Part shown: piece after piece, positions 41,868 to 52,279 of the stretch | Numbering within the stretch: position 1 is the stretch's first letter | How the letters are laid out: each line of letters starts with the position of its first letter | Source of the DNA: Promethearchaeota archaeon | Lineage (GTDB): Archaea > Asgardarchaeota > Lokiarchaeia > Sigyniarchaeales > SOKP01 | Length of the DNA: 64,000 bases | Direction: 5' to 3' | Assembly (NCBI GenBank): GCA_019058445.1 | Contig: JAHPZA010000006.1 | Coordinates: forward strand, 224,001 to 288,000 | The notes under the pieces: generated by a model | Told to the model about the DNA's origin: nothing | Databases searched by the model: none | What the model saw: the letters and a program-made list of their open reading frames with translations, nothing else | Program-made: the position numbers and the translations under genes

Positions 41868-42212
41868 TTATTTTTTATTATTCTGAATAATATCTTCAAG
41901 TTCTCTTAACAAGAGAGTTTTTTCTGCGATAAACCAATCCAATTGGCTTTTCGAGGGGCTTTCATAATAAATTATTTCAGCAACCTTTCTAATTTCATCT
42001 TCTTCAGGTTTTATCAGTTTACCATTGACGTCAGGTCGTATTAACACAACTAAATTATCTGTCTCAAGGGGTTTAATATCATATCCATTTATGATGTTGT
42101 TATTGAGGGTCACACATAACTCCGCAAGCCTCCAGATTGATTTTTCAATACTATCACTTTCTTTATAGATTTTAAACGCTAAAGCGGTAACATCTTCTTT
42201 ATCAAATGGCAT
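41868..42212 (-). CDS. Small protein with two DUF2934-like repeats
   Basis: EDVTALAFKIY...IWRLAE and DEIRKVAEIIY...DWFIAE. Confidence 0.6.
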   Translation of the reverse strand: MPFDKEDVTALAFKIYKESDSIEKSIWRLAELCVTLNNNIINGYDIKPLETDNLVVLIRPDVNGKLIKPEEDEIRKVAEIIYYESPSKSQLDWFIAEKTLLLRELEDIIQNNKK

Positions 42213-42346
42213 TTTTTTTTACGGTTTTCTATATAATAACAACTTATTAGTACTTGATTAAAAGGGAAGTAAATTTTCCTTTTAATTATTTCTATTGACA
42301 TTTTTAAGCTAATAAAACCACAAAATTAAATTATAATTCATTTTTA

Positions 42347-42354
42347 TTTATATA
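42347..42354 (+). promoter_or_regulatory. Probable archaeal TATA box of the tRNA-Thr gene
   Basis: TTTATATA 27-34 nt upstream of the mature tRNA 5' end. Confidence 0.5.
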
Positions 42355-42380
42355 GTAAAATATCATATAAATCTAGAATT

Positions 42381-42478
42381 GCCTCCGTGGCTCAGTGGTA
42401 GAACTACTTTTAAAAGTAAGTGCCAAGAGCAGCTGACTTGTAATCAGCCGGTCGTGGGTTCAAGTCCCACCGGGGGCT
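42381..42478 (+). tRNA. tRNA-Thr(UGU) with a 26-nt intron (42402-42427) at position 22/23
   Basis: Acceptor GCCTCCG/CGGGGGC, D-stem GCTC/GAGC restored after intron removal, anticodon arm GCTGA-CT-TGT-AA-TCAGC, T arm GTGGG-TTCAAGT-CCCAC, discriminator T, no encoded CCA. Confidence 0.95.
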
Positions 42479-42565
42479 TCACTCATTTTAATTTTATAAG
42501 CTTTTTCTAATTTTCAAATTTTTTTGTCAGAAGTCTTTATTAAGTAAGAGCACTGAATATATTTT

Positions 42566-43933
42566 ATGTCAACTTCAAATGGCAATAAAAAAAATTATAC
42601 AAAAATATTTACATTCTATTATCTTGTTGAAGGTTTTTCTCAAGGTATACCTTTTCTCGTTTTTCCCCCTTATTTGGCGCAGCTCCTTGGAAATCAATTT
42701 GATGTTGCTCAATGGCTAATAATTGCGGCTATTGCTTCTTTACCATGGGCAATTAAAATGATAATAGGCGTTGCGAATGATAAATGGGGTTCTAAGAAAT
42801 ATGGCAATCGCTTTCCCTGGATTATGGGCTTTGGTATTTTTGGTGCATTTTGGTGGTTTATATTAGCTATATATTTACCAACTGGGCCCTCTATTTATAT
42901 GTTTTTGGCAGTATATTATTTCATGATCGCAACAGGGACGGCGTTTTCCGACACGGCTCTAGATGGACTCATATTAGATGTCATTCCAAAAGAGACTTTG
43001 GGCAGAATTCAGGGATACACATGGATGTGCCTTCTATTAGGGATGGGAGCAGGCGGAATGCTCTTAGGATTGATCTTTTTAGCATTAAACATAGTCCCAT
43101 TATTATTTGTTCTTACAGGAGCTTTAATGATCTTTGCATGTTTTTTAACGAAACGAGTACAAGAGCCTCCTCTTGAAGAAGTTACAGAAAGGTATATAGG
43201 TCGTGAGCTTAAGTCAATATTCACTAAAAAGAAGAATTGGAAAGTCATGGGATTCACTTTTACCTGTTCAATGGCCGGAGCAGTTGTATTTACATTCTTT
43301 CTCTATGTTATTTTGATTGCATTAAAAATAATCGATGTAAAGTCTACTATACTATCAATAACATCCGGTAATGCAGTAGAATTTTTAGGGTGGACATCCG
43401 TTTTTTACTTCTTTAATGGTTTAGGAACATTTTTTGGGTCCTTCTTTGCGGGGAAAAATGCGGATAAACATCGAAAAAAATCGTGTGTGACATCATACTT
43501 AATATATATACCATTCTGTCTTCTAAGCATTGTACCGTTCTTACTTACGGGTGAATTTCTAATCGCCTTAATCTATGGATTGTTTGGTGTTGCCTTCTTT
43601 GGAGCAATTCAAGGAGCATTATTGATATCTACTGGCACAGTTAGAGCAGACATTGTAAAGAAAGATTATCCGAAATTGAAAAGTACATACTATGCCATAC
43701 TAATTGCCCTATGGAACCTAGGTCAAACAGTTGGGTCATTAGTAGGAGCATTACTCTTTTCGTATTTAGCGATAAATTTTCCAGGTTTTAGTTTCTATAT
43801 CTTGTATTTTATATTGTCTGTATATGGGGCAGGAGCATTGATTATTAGTTTTTTATTATTTAGAACTATCGATCCAAAGGACTATGAATTAGAACATATT
43901 ATAGGAGAAGAAAAAGAAGTCTACTTCGCGTAA
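42566..43933 (+). CDS. MFS transporter (AmpG/BT1-like)
   Basis: Y.VEGFSQG, LPWAIK, AFSDTALDGL; ~12 TM. Confidence 0.85.
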   Translation: MSTSNGNKKNYTKIFTFYYLVEGFSQGIPFLVFPPYLAQLLGNQFDVAQWLIIAAIASLPWAIKMIIGVANDKWGSKKYGNRFPWIMGFGIFGAFWWFILAIYLPTGPSIYMFLAVYYFMIATGTAFSDTALDGLILDVIPKETLGRIQGYTWMCLLLGMGAGGMLLGLIFLALNIVPLLFVLTGALMIFACFLTKRVQEPPLEEVTERYIGRELKSIFTKKKNWKVMGFTFTCSMAGAVVFTFFLYVILIALKIIDVKSTILSITSGNAVEFLGWTSVFYFFNGLGTFFGSFFAGKNADKHRKKSCVTSYLIYIPFCLLSIVPFLLTGEFLIALIYGLFGVAFFGAIQGALLISTGTVRADIVKKDYPKLKSTYYAILIALWNLGQTVGSLVGALLFSYLAINFPGFSFYILYFILSVYGAGALIISFLLFRTIDPKDYELEHIIGEEKEVYFA

Positions 43934-44000
43934 TAATTGTTAATTTTTTTTTTATTTTTTTTAGAAAAGGATTAGTACTAAAATACTATCAAAATGCTAT

Positions 44001-44258
44001 TTATTCTATGAAAAAATATTCCTTTCCCTTAGAAATAACAGATTTAATTGTATTATTATGAACTAGTTCCTTTATAAGACTATATAGAAAGAATTTTCCA
44101 CCGAGTTTTAAACTAAATTTTTTCTCATTTTTTAAAAGAAATTCAATTTCATTATAATCTAAACCGTTTCCTTGATTTTCCTTGAGAATTTGGAGGATTA
44201 TTTCTTTAATCTGTTCTGTGTTATCATAATTCTTAATCTTTTTTAATGAAATTGGCAG
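44001..44258 (-). CDS. Putative small winged-helix protein (85 aa), CTG start, absent from ORF track
   Basis: Open frame (M)PISLKKIKNYDNTEQIKEIILQILKENQGNGLDYNEIEFLLKNEKKFSLKLGGKFFLYSLIKELVHNNTIKSVISKGKEYFFIE*; AGGTGG SD 6 nt before CTG; in-frame TAA two codons upstream. Confidence 0.65.
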   Translation of the reverse strand: MPISLKKIKNYDNTEQIKEIILQILKENQGNGLDYNEIEFLLKNEKKFSLKLGGKFFLYSLIKELVHNNTIKSVISKGKEYFFIE

Positions 44259-44296
44259 TTTTTACCACCTAGAGATTAATCATTCGTTTAATATAA

Positions 44297-44950
44297 TTAA
44301 GAAATCTCAATATGTCCCCCTGTTACCATATAATGAACTTTTTCACCGATTTTACAGGCATGATCACCACATCTTTCTAAATACCGAGCAATCATAATTA
44401 TATGAGCACAAATCGTTATGTTAGCGGGATCTTCCATCATATAGGAAACGGATTCTCTAAATATGCTCCATCGCATTTGATCAATTTCATTATCTCTTTC
44501 TTCAAAGTCCTTTAATTTCGTAATTTCGGATGTATCAAAGGCCTCTATTGAATCTTCTATCAATGATTTAACATGTTCCCACATATGTGTAATGCTTAAC
44601 ATTTCTGAAAGTGGGGTCTTATCTGTTAATAATTTAACAATGGCAGCAATATCTTTACCATAGCGCCCTAACCGGTATAAGTATGTAATCATTTTTAAGA
44701 TTGTAGCAAGCCTTCGTAAGTCTATGGCCATAGGTTGGTATAATGCTATTAATTTTAAAGCTCGCTCCTCAATATGAGCATCAAATTCTCTAAGTTTGTG
44801 TTTATTATGATTCACTTCATTTGCAAGTTCTAAATCTCGTGTATTAAGTGATATAATTGAATCCTCTAACATTTTTAATGATAATTTGCCCATGTCCAAA
44901 ACATCTTGTTTTAGATTAATAATTTCCCTATGCAGCTCACTTTTAGACAT
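44297..44950 (-). CDS. phoU: Phosphate signalling protein PhoU
   Basis: LIALYQPMAIDLR, ARYLERCGDHA. Confidence 0.95.
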   Translation of the reverse strand: MSKSELHREIINLKQDVLDMGKLSLKMLEDSIISLNTRDLELANEVNHNKHKLREFDAHIEERALKLIALYQPMAIDLRRLATILKMITYLYRLGRYGKDIAAIVKLLTDKTPLSEMLSITHMWEHVKSLIEDSIEAFDTSEITKLKDFEERDNEIDQMRWSIFRESVSYMMEDPANITICAHIIMIARYLERCGDHACKIGEKVHYMVTGGHIEIS

Positions 44951-44951
44951 A

Positions 44952-45788
44952 TTAACCGAACCTACCTGTAATATAATTTTCTGTTAATCTTTCTTGAGGA
45001 TTTTCAAAGATTTGCTCAGTTTCTCCAAATTCAATTAATTCACCTAAATACATGAATGCGGTATAATCACTAATTCTTGCTGCTTGTTGCATATTATGAG
45101 TAACTATAATTACTGTGTATTTTTCCTTTAAGTCATTTATTAACTCTTCAATTTTTGCTGTAGCAATAGGATCAAGAGAGGATGTAGGTTCATCCATCAG
45201 AATTACTTCAGGTTCAATTGCTAAAGTCCTAGCAATACACAATCGTTGTTGTTGCCCTCCTGATAAACCTAAAGCGGAATCTTTTAATCTATCCTTAACT
45301 TCATCCCAGAGCACAGCCATTTCTAAGCTGTTTTTTAAAATAGTCTCTAATTTTTTTTTATCTCGCATTCGATGTATTTTAGGGCCATAAAGGATATTAT
45401 CATATATTGACATTGGAAAGGGATTAGGTTTTTGAAAAATCATACCTATATATTTTCTAATTTTCATCGCACTGATTCTATTACCATAAATATTTCTCCC
45501 CCTAAATTCAACAGTACCTTCGGTTTTGCAGCCTTCTATCACATCATTCATCCGATTAAAAGATCTGATAAGAGTAGACTTGCCACAACCAGAGGGTCCA
45601 ATAATAGCTGTAACTTTATTTTTTTTAACAATCATGTTGATATCTTTTAAGGCATGATTATCATCATACCAAAGATTCAAATTTTTGCATTCAATTATTA
45701 TATCATTTCCAGCTTTAATTTTCTCTATATCCGCATTTTGACTTTCACTAATTTCTTTAACTAACTTCGTTTTAACTTTTAAATTCAT
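44952..45788 (-). CDS. pstB: Phosphate ABC transporter ATPase
   Basis: [43 protein letters not shown]; ATG 45788 behind GGTGA SD. Confidence 0.97.
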   Translation of the reverse strand: MNLKVKTKLVKEISESQNADIEKIKAGNDIIIECKNLNLWYDDNHALKDINMIVKKNKVTAIIGPSGCGKSTLIRSFNRMNDVIEGCKTEGTVEFRGRNIYGNRISAMKIRKYIGMIFQKPNPFPMSIYDNILYGPKIHRMRDKKKLETILKNSLEMAVLWDEVKDRLKDSALGLSGGQQQRLCIARTLAIEPEVILMDEPTSSLDPIATAKIEELINDLKEKYTVIIVTHNMQQAARISDYTAFMYLGELIEFGETEQIFENPQERLTENYITGRFG

Positions 45789-45793
45789 ACAAT

Positions 45794-47914
45794 TCACCAA
45801 TTCTTTTTTTTCTGATAACTATTTCTAACGTATATAGCAAATGAATACATAATCATTACTAATACTAATAACACAAGAGCAGTACCTGCTGCTTGAGTAT
45901 CTGAATCTGGGATAGAAGTTGCTAATACAAATAAATGGTAAGTGAGTGCCATAACAGGTTGAATTACATATCGTGGTAAACTTTTTTGTTTAAATACTGC
46001 CGCAGTAAATAGTATGGGTGCTGTTTCTCCCGATGCTCTACCCATTCCAAGAATCATTCCAGTTGTTATACCGGGCATGGCGGCTGGTAAAACTACTTTA
46101 CTAATACTTTGCCATTTTGTCGATCCTAATGCGAGACTTCCTTCTCTAAATGATTGAGGTATACTTTTTACGGATTCTTCTGTTGTCCTAATAATTGTGG
46201 GAAGAATCATTAAAGCTAATGTTAATTGTCCAGCAATCATAGAGATCCCAAAATCTAAATATAATACAAAAAATGCTAACCCAAATAAACCAAATACTAT
46301 CGATGGAGTTCCATTTAAATTGTCAATTCCAGTACGAATAATCTTCGTTATAGGCCCCTCTTTGGCATATTCAGATAAATAAATTCCAGCCGCTACTCCT
46401 ATCGGAACAGCATAGATAATCGCACCTACTGTAAGCCAAAGTGTGCCAACAATCATAGGAAAGATTCCTCCTGCTCTACCAGAATCCTCCGAATCTTCAG
46501 TTAAGAATTCCCATGTGATTGCAGGAAGCCCATTTGAAACAATATAATAGATTATAATACTTAATGATAATACTGAAATAAATGCAGCAATTGAAATAAT
46601 GCTAAATACAACCCTCTGCTGATTAATAGGATTTAAAATTTTAAGAATAAAAATAAATCCCGCTAATGCGAGGCACATCAATATCGCAGTTTCCCAATCA
46701 AACCAGGTTGAAAAAACCCAAGCAAGTAATGTAAATAACATATAAAAATAAATTAGAAATTTGTATTCCTCCAATTTAAAGGGTGAAATAATCCTTAAGA
46801 CAAGAATTATTCCTATAAGGATTAATGAAATTATTACGGCGTTAATTATATCAAAAATATTTGTCAATAGCCATCCAAATAAAATAGATAATATAAGATA
46901 GGTGATAGTTTTTTTATTCTCCTTAATGATTTCAGGAATAAGAATTTGATTTCTTGATTTTGATTTAAGTTCCCCCCTTAATTTTTTATTAAATCGAGAA
47001 ATAATAAAATTGGCAGTTAGATTGATAATAAAGGTTATAAGAAATAAGACTATAGCCAATGCAAATAATGCTCGATAATGAAGGCTATTTGCCGGGACTT
47101 CTCCCATCTCAATACCAATAGTTCCTGTTATCGTCCTTAAAGGGGAAAAAATATCAGTAATGGGATCTGGGAAAACATTATTATTTCCTGTAACCATTAA
47201 AACAGCCATAGTTTCTCCTATTGCTCTGCCTAAACCTAAGATTACTGCAGCAGTGATTCCAGAAATAGCCCCTGGTAATATTACTTTACTAATTGTCTGC
47301 CATCTAGTTGCTCCCATAGCAAGAGATGCTTCACGATAGTGCATAGGGACCGAACTTATTGCATCCTCTGCAACAGTTACTATTGTTGGTAAGGCCATTA
47401 TAGCCAAAATTATAGAGCCAGAAAGCCAAGTCGCGCCTGAAGGAGCACCCAGTACCTCCTTTATGTATTTATTTAAGATTATAAGTCCAAAAAATCCAAA
47501 TACAACTGATGGCACCCCTGATAGCAATTCTACTGAGGCTTTTAAAAATTTACTAATTTTAGGAGGCGCGATTTCGGCAATAAATATCGCAGTCAAAATC
47601 CCTAAAGGTACCGCAATTACCATCGCCCCAAAGGCGACTAATAACGTGCCTGCTATTATATTATAAGCGCCAAATTGAGGTTCCTCCTCATCTGTGGGAA
47701 GCCAATGATCATCAAATAAAAATTCTTCAAGAGGAACTTTCCTAAAAAAATTTCCTGCATTCTGAAATAATAAGAAGATAATAAAAAAGACCACAATAGT
47801 AGCGAGGGAAGCACACATTAGTAAAATAAGATGAACCAATTTATCTGTATCAAAAGCACCTTCTATTTCAAATTCAGTAGTATCTTGCTCATAAATTTCG
47901 GTTGTTGAAGCCAT
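45794..47914 (-). CDS. pstC-pstA: Fused phosphate ABC permease PstC-PstA
   Basis: Two permease domains: [21 protein letters not shown] (PstC) and [19 protein letters not shown] (PstA). Confidence 0.93.
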   Translation of the reverse strand: MASTTEIYEQDTTEFEIEGAFDTDKLVHLILLMCASLATIVVFFIIFLLFQNAGNFFRKVPLEEFLFDDHWLPTDEEEPQFGAYNIIAGTLLVAFGAMVIAVPLGILTAIFIAEIAPPKISKFLKASVELLSGVPSVVFGFFGLIILNKYIKEVLGAPSGATWLSGSIILAIMALPTIVTVAEDAISSVPMHYREASLAMGATRWQTISKVILPGAISGITAAVILGLGRAIGETMAVLMVTGNNNVFPDPITDIFSPLRTITGTIGIEMGEVPANSLHYRALFALAIVLFLITFIINLTANFIISRFNKKLRGELKSKSRNQILIPEIIKENKKTITYLILSILFGWLLTNIFDIINAVIISLILIGIILVLRIISPFKLEEYKFLIYFYMLFTLLAWVFSTWFDWETAILMCLALAGFIFILKILNPINQQRVVFSIISIAAFISVLSLSIIIYYIVSNGLPAITWEFLTEDSEDSGRAGGIFPMIVGTLWLTVGAIIYAVPIGVAAGIYLSEYAKEGPITKIIRTGIDNLNGTPSIVFGLFGLAFFVLYLDFGISMIAGQLTLALMILPTIIRTTEESVKSIPQSFREGSLALGSTKWQSISKVVLPAAMPGITTGMILGMGRASGETAPILFTAAVFKQKSLPRYVIQPVMALTYHLFVLATSIPDSDTQAAGTALVLLVLVMIMYSFAIYVRNSYQKKKNW

Positions 47915-48038
47915 TTAATCCAAACCTTAATTATTAATCAGAAAATAATTTTTTATCATGAAAAATTTAATAAGCGATTTGATAAATCGATTTTTCATTT
48001 ATATTTGAGAAAAAATTATAATTGCATATATTTTATTT

Positions 48039-48083
48039 CTACATAGAGTATGTAAAAATATATAATCTCTATAATCTATATAG
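48039..48083. promoter_or_regulatory. Candidate phosphate-regulon operator upstream of pstC-pstA
   Basis: CTACATAG at 48039 and perfect palindrome CTATATAG at 48076. Confidence 0.4.
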
Positions 48084-48199
48084 TTTCATGTCTTAATATG
48101 GATTATAAATCTAATTATTATTATAAATCCAAAATAGAAAAAAACAAAAAAATAAAAAAAAAATTTAATTAAAATTCATTATTTATTGCTAAAATACAC

Positions 48200-49108
48200 T
48201 TATAATGTAACAAAACCTTCATCTTCAACTATAGCTTGGCCATCGGATCGAATCCAGTCAATAAATTCTTTATAATCGTCATTAAGAGGAGCTTTATAAA
48301 TCATATATAACTTTCGTGAAATTAAATAATCTCCACTTTTAACGTTCGCAACTGTAGCTTGATAAAAGTTATCTACATTCCAGAGATCAATAGTATCAAC
48401 TGCGGAATCTACGTATCCTAATCCAACATACCCGATTGCATCCTCATCTCCCGCAACAGCAAGATGGACAGCTCCATTTGAAGGTAGTTCATCCTTTGAT
48501 ATTCCTTGATAAGCAGCATCATCCTCTAATCCTGTAATTTCCTCAAAACTTGCTCGAGTTCCAGAATTACTGTCTCTTCCAACAAGGTGAATTGGATCAT
48601 CTGGACCCCCAGTACATCCCGGGACATCATCCCAAGTATCATAAGTTCCATTCCAGACCTTTAAAACATCTTCTAATGTCCATTGGGGAATTAATTTTGG
48701 ATCCCCTTCAAAATGTTCATTTCCCGCACTCATTATAAGCGCAATACCATCATTGGCTATAGCTATTTGTCTTATGCTAGGTTCAAGAGCTTTTTCTGAA
48801 TCTTTAAGAGGTCTGGAAGCAATTCCAAGATGGCTTATATCATTAATTACATTAGATATTCCTACACTAGATCCCCCCGCCGACACCGCAAAATTATATT
48901 CCGTATTGTCGTCTTCGAATTCTGCTGCACATCTTACTACAATTGGAAAACACGTTGTAGAACCACTGATGAAGATGTTAATATCTTTCTTTTCATCCTC
49001 TTCTTCAAGGATTTCTTCACCGTAAAAAACACCAACTGCAGTCCATGTAATGAAAGCAGCTGCGAGAATCCCGATAATCGCTATAGTTATTATAGCTTTT
49101 TTTTCCAT
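48200..49108 (-). CDS. pstS: Phosphate ABC transporter substrate-binding protein
   Basis: N-terminal TM anchor; SGSTT, GGSSVGI, ASRPL, GRDSNSGTR, DAIGY, Y.ISRKL. Confidence 0.93.
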   Translation of the reverse strand: MEKKAIITIAIIGILAAAFITWTAVGVFYGEEILEEEDEKKDINIFISGSTTCFPIVVRCAAEFEDDNTEYNFAVSAGGSSVGISNVINDISHLGIASRPLKDSEKALEPSIRQIAIANDGIALIMSAGNEHFEGDPKLIPQWTLEDVLKVWNGTYDTWDDVPGCTGGPDDPIHLVGRDSNSGTRASFEEITGLEDDAAYQGISKDELPSNGAVHLAVAGDEDAIGYVGLGYVDSAVDTIDLWNVDNFYQATVANVKSGDYLISRKLYMIYKAPLNDDYKEFIDWIRSDGQAIVEDEGFVTL

Positions 49109-49168
49109 TTCTTTTTTAACACCAAATTTAGGTTGTTTGATGTAGTAATCTTCAGATTAAAAGAAATT

Positions 49169-49224
49169 TCGATATAGTTTATATCGAGTTATTGAGAGAG
49201 TATAGGGATATATACTCTATATAG
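49169..49224. promoter_or_regulatory. Candidate operators upstream of pstS
   Basis: Inverted repeats TCGATATA-GTT-TATATCGA (49169-49187), AGAGTATA-N6-TATACTCT (49197-49218) and CTATATAG (49217-49224). Confidence 0.45.
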
Positions 49225-49673
49225 TCGGTAACTCGTGCCCTATTACAATTTGGAGCGGTCTATTAGCAGATTAATAAAAACAAGGAAGATTGATATTCAA
49301 TCTATATAAATCTTTCGAATTAAAATTTAAGATAAATCAGAACTAAGTGGATATTCATATGGAAAGATCTATAACATTCTATCATATATTATATATGCTA
49401 TAAGGAAAAATAAACAATTTCTTTTTAATATATATTCTACATATAGAAAACTCTTTAGCTTTGAACATTATCTCATTCATAAATTGAATTGAGAATTTGT
49501 AAAAAAGTTTGTTTTAAGGCCCTGGATGAGTAGAGAATATCAAAATAATCTTTCATATGGTTTTTATATGTTTTATATATAGTGATTTATAAAATTGAGT
49601 ATATTTTTGATTATAATTTTAGGTAAAAAATTTATAATAAGGTTTTAATAGCCAAGATAGTTATTTTTATTGA

Positions 49674-49691
49674 CTATATATTCCTATATAG
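49674..49691. promoter_or_regulatory. Candidate operator upstream of the AbrB-PhoU regulator
   Basis: CTATATAT-TC-CTATATAG, two copies 10 bp apart. Confidence 0.4.
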
Positions 49692-49806
49692 ATCTAATAA
49701 AATATATAGCTAAAATATATAATATATAATCATCCCATCTAATTAAAGAACTATATAATAGAATCAGTTATTCTACAAAAAAGCTAATTTTTTGAGGAGA
49801 TTTAAA

Positions 49807-50847
49807 GTGTTTCATATCGAAACAAGAAAAGTACAAAAAACGGGAGGTTCATCTTATATTGTGAGTCTTCCGATAGATTGGATTAAATCACATAATATTC
49901 ATGAAGTTTTTGAGAAAAATGGGTATACATTAGGAATAATTTCCCAACCAGATGGAAATTTATTAGTTACTCCAAATCCAAATTCAGAAGAAATTCTAAA
50001 AGCAAAGGAAATAATCGTTGATGAAATCGAAGATTACAACTTTTTGTTCCGTATTTTAATTGGAGCATATATCATGGGATATTCAAGGATAATCATAAAA
50101 TCCAGTAAAAAATTCGAACCGTTTGTACGGGATTGTGTGAATAATTTTACTCAAGTAGCGATTGGTCCTGAGATTATAGAAGAATCGAGTCAAATCATAG
50201 TTATTAAAGATTTGCTTAATCCGAAAGAGATGCCTTTTGAAAAGACAATAAGAAGAATGTATATACTTGCGGAATCAATGCACGAAGACGCTATTGAAGC
50301 GTTAAAGTCAAGAAATAAGGAATTAGCAGAAGAAATTATAAAAAGAGATGACGAAATCGACAGATTGCATTGGTTAATTGGTCGACAGTCTCATATCGTA
50401 TTAAAAGACATTATTTTATGTCAGAAAATGGGTGTAACTTTACAAGATGCTAATCAATTTCAATTTTTCAGCAAATACTTAGAACGTATTGGAGACCATG
50501 CGGTAAAAATTGCTAGGAATGTATCGGAAATAATTGAAGACGATATTAATGAGACTCTTATTACTGAAATTTTAAATGCTAGTGAATTATCCTTAAATTT
50601 ACTTAATAAGAGTTTAGATGCTTGGTTGCAAAAAGATTTACAATTAGCAAATGATAATATTGATTTAGTAAAAGATTTAGTAAAAATGTGTGAGACTATT
50701 CCGTCAAAAACTGAAAATCATAACATGGATTCTTCCATAGCAATTAGCTATATTGTTGAAAGTATTAGAAGAACAGGCGAATATGCTGCTGATATCTCAG
50801 AAATTATCATTAATAGTTTAATAGAGAAATTAGAAAAGTTTTCATAA
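49807..50847 (+). CDS. Archaeal phosphate uptake regulator (AbrB/SpoVT DNA-binding domain plus PhoU domains)
   Basis: ETRKVQKTGGSSYIVSLP.DW, GAYIMGY, RDDEIDRL, LERIGDHA, SIRRTGEY; GTG 49807 after GAGGAG. Confidence 0.9.
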   Translation: MFHIETRKVQKTGGSSYIVSLPIDWIKSHNIHEVFEKNGYTLGIISQPDGNLLVTPNPNSEEILKAKEIIVDEIEDYNFLFRILIGAYIMGYSRIIIKSSKKFEPFVRDCVNNFTQVAIGPEIIEESSQIIVIKDLLNPKEMPFEKTIRRMYILAESMHEDAIEALKSRNKELAEEIIKRDDEIDRLHWLIGRQSHIVLKDIILCQKMGVTLQDANQFQFFSKYLERIGDHAVKIARNVSEIIEDDINETLITEILNASELSLNLLNKSLDAWLQKDLQLANDNIDLVKDLVKMCETIPSKTENHNMDSSIAISYIVESIRRTGEYAADISEIIINSLIEKLEKFS

Positions 50848-51119
50848 CTCTCTCTAAAGAAATTGGATATTTCAATACAGAATACTTAATCTTATTTAAA
50901 TTAAGTAAAAATATTGAATTTTTTAACGAAAATTAATAATATCAAAGCTTTATTAATGAATGTGGTTGTTTGATTCATTTTTCTTTTTAAAATGGAAAAT
51001 ATATAAAATATATATACTATATAAGAAACTCCTTAAAGATGAGTCAATCTAATTTTAAATAACAGCTATATGAAAAATCAATTTAATTTCACATTTGTTA
51101 AGCATACGATTTTGATAAT

Positions 51120-52175
51120 ATGAATATATATAAAAATAAAAATAGTGGAAAATTACTTCTTACAATAGTTATTTTAACCTTGGTAATCTTTACAATTAGC
51201 CAAACCAATACTAATCCTGAGAACTATATTCAAGAAGAATGTTATAAACAAACTAACGATTTAAAAAACCCTAAGCCATCTGATTCTTGGGATGAAGGAG
51301 AGGTAAATTTTATCCATATAAAAAATGATAATTGGTCAGCAATAGATTTCGATTGGATTCAAAATAAGACGGGAACATGGGATGATCCACATATCATTGA
51401 GAATATTACAATTAATGCTGGAAAATACGGAATAGGTATTTTGATTGAAGACTCTAGTGAATATTTTATACTTAATAATTGTACAATTTATAACTCTAGT
51501 AGGGGGCAATTTAACACCGCGGGGATTTATTTAAAAAATACTAGTAATGGAACAATAATTGATAACAATTTATCCTATAATAATGGCTCGGGGTTAATAA
51601 TGGATAATTCTATTAATATTACGATATCAGATAATTACATAACAAATAACGATGAAGATGGAATATATATCATCGGTCAAAGCAAAAATAATACTTTTCA
51701 TGACAATGATATTATGAACAACACAATTAAGGGATTAGATTTCAATGAAACGACAAGGTGGAATCTTATCTATAAAAACAATTTTACGAATAATGGAATA
51801 AACGCTATGGATAATGGTACTAGCAATCATTGGGATAATGGACAGATTGGAAATTACTGGGATGACTATCCTAAATGCGATGCAAACAGGGATAATATTG
51901 GAGAATGGCCTTATGATATCCCAGGTGAGGCAGACGCTCAAGATGAGTATCCAATTTGTTATAAAACCTGTGTATCTGCACCAAGAGAAGCGAAAGATGA
52001 AATAAAAGATGAGGATGAAGAAATAATTGCTGCCGCTAACGAATTCGTAGAATCTTTATTAGATAATATTGGGCTATATGCGACTTGGTCAATTTTTATA
52101 GAAATAATCACTGGGGTGGTAATAATCGTAAACAAGAAAAGAAAAAGTAAAATATCAGAAGAGAAATTTTGGTAA
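51120..52175 (+). CDS. Membrane-anchored surface protein with NosD/pectin-lyase-like beta-helix repeats
   Basis: Signal peptide, repeated GI.L....N.TI..N, GNYWDDY..D...D.IG, C-terminal TM followed by KKRK. Confidence 0.82.
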   Translation: MNIYKNKNSGKLLLTIVILTLVIFTISQTNTNPENYIQEECYKQTNDLKNPKPSDSWDEGEVNFIHIKNDNWSAIDFDWIQNKTGTWDDPHIIENITINAGKYGIGILIEDSSEYFILNNCTIYNSSRGQFNTAGIYLKNTSNGTIIDNNLSYNNGSGLIMDNSINITISDNYITNNDEDGIYIIGQSKNNTFHDNDIMNNTIKGLDFNETTRWNLIYKNNFTNNGINAMDNGTSNHWDNGQIGNYWDDYPKCDANRDNIGEWPYDIPGEADAQDEYPICYKTCVSAPREAKDEIKDEDEEIIAAANEFVESLLDNIGLYATWSIFIEIITGVVIIVNKKRKSKISEEKFW

Positions 52176-52279
52176 AATATAATTATTCTTTTTTATTCTA
52201 AGTTTTTTTATTTTTTAAGATTTTAATTTTGATATTAGCCGTTTATGTTGACACTATTTCAAATTTAATGACAATTGAA

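Noticed and set aside
44080-44087. A fourth CTATATAG palindrome
   Set aside because: Falls inside the newly called wHTH coding frame, not in a promoter
42381-51000. tRNA-anchored genomic island carrying the pst locus
   Set aside because: No integrase and no duplicated tRNA 3' end seen
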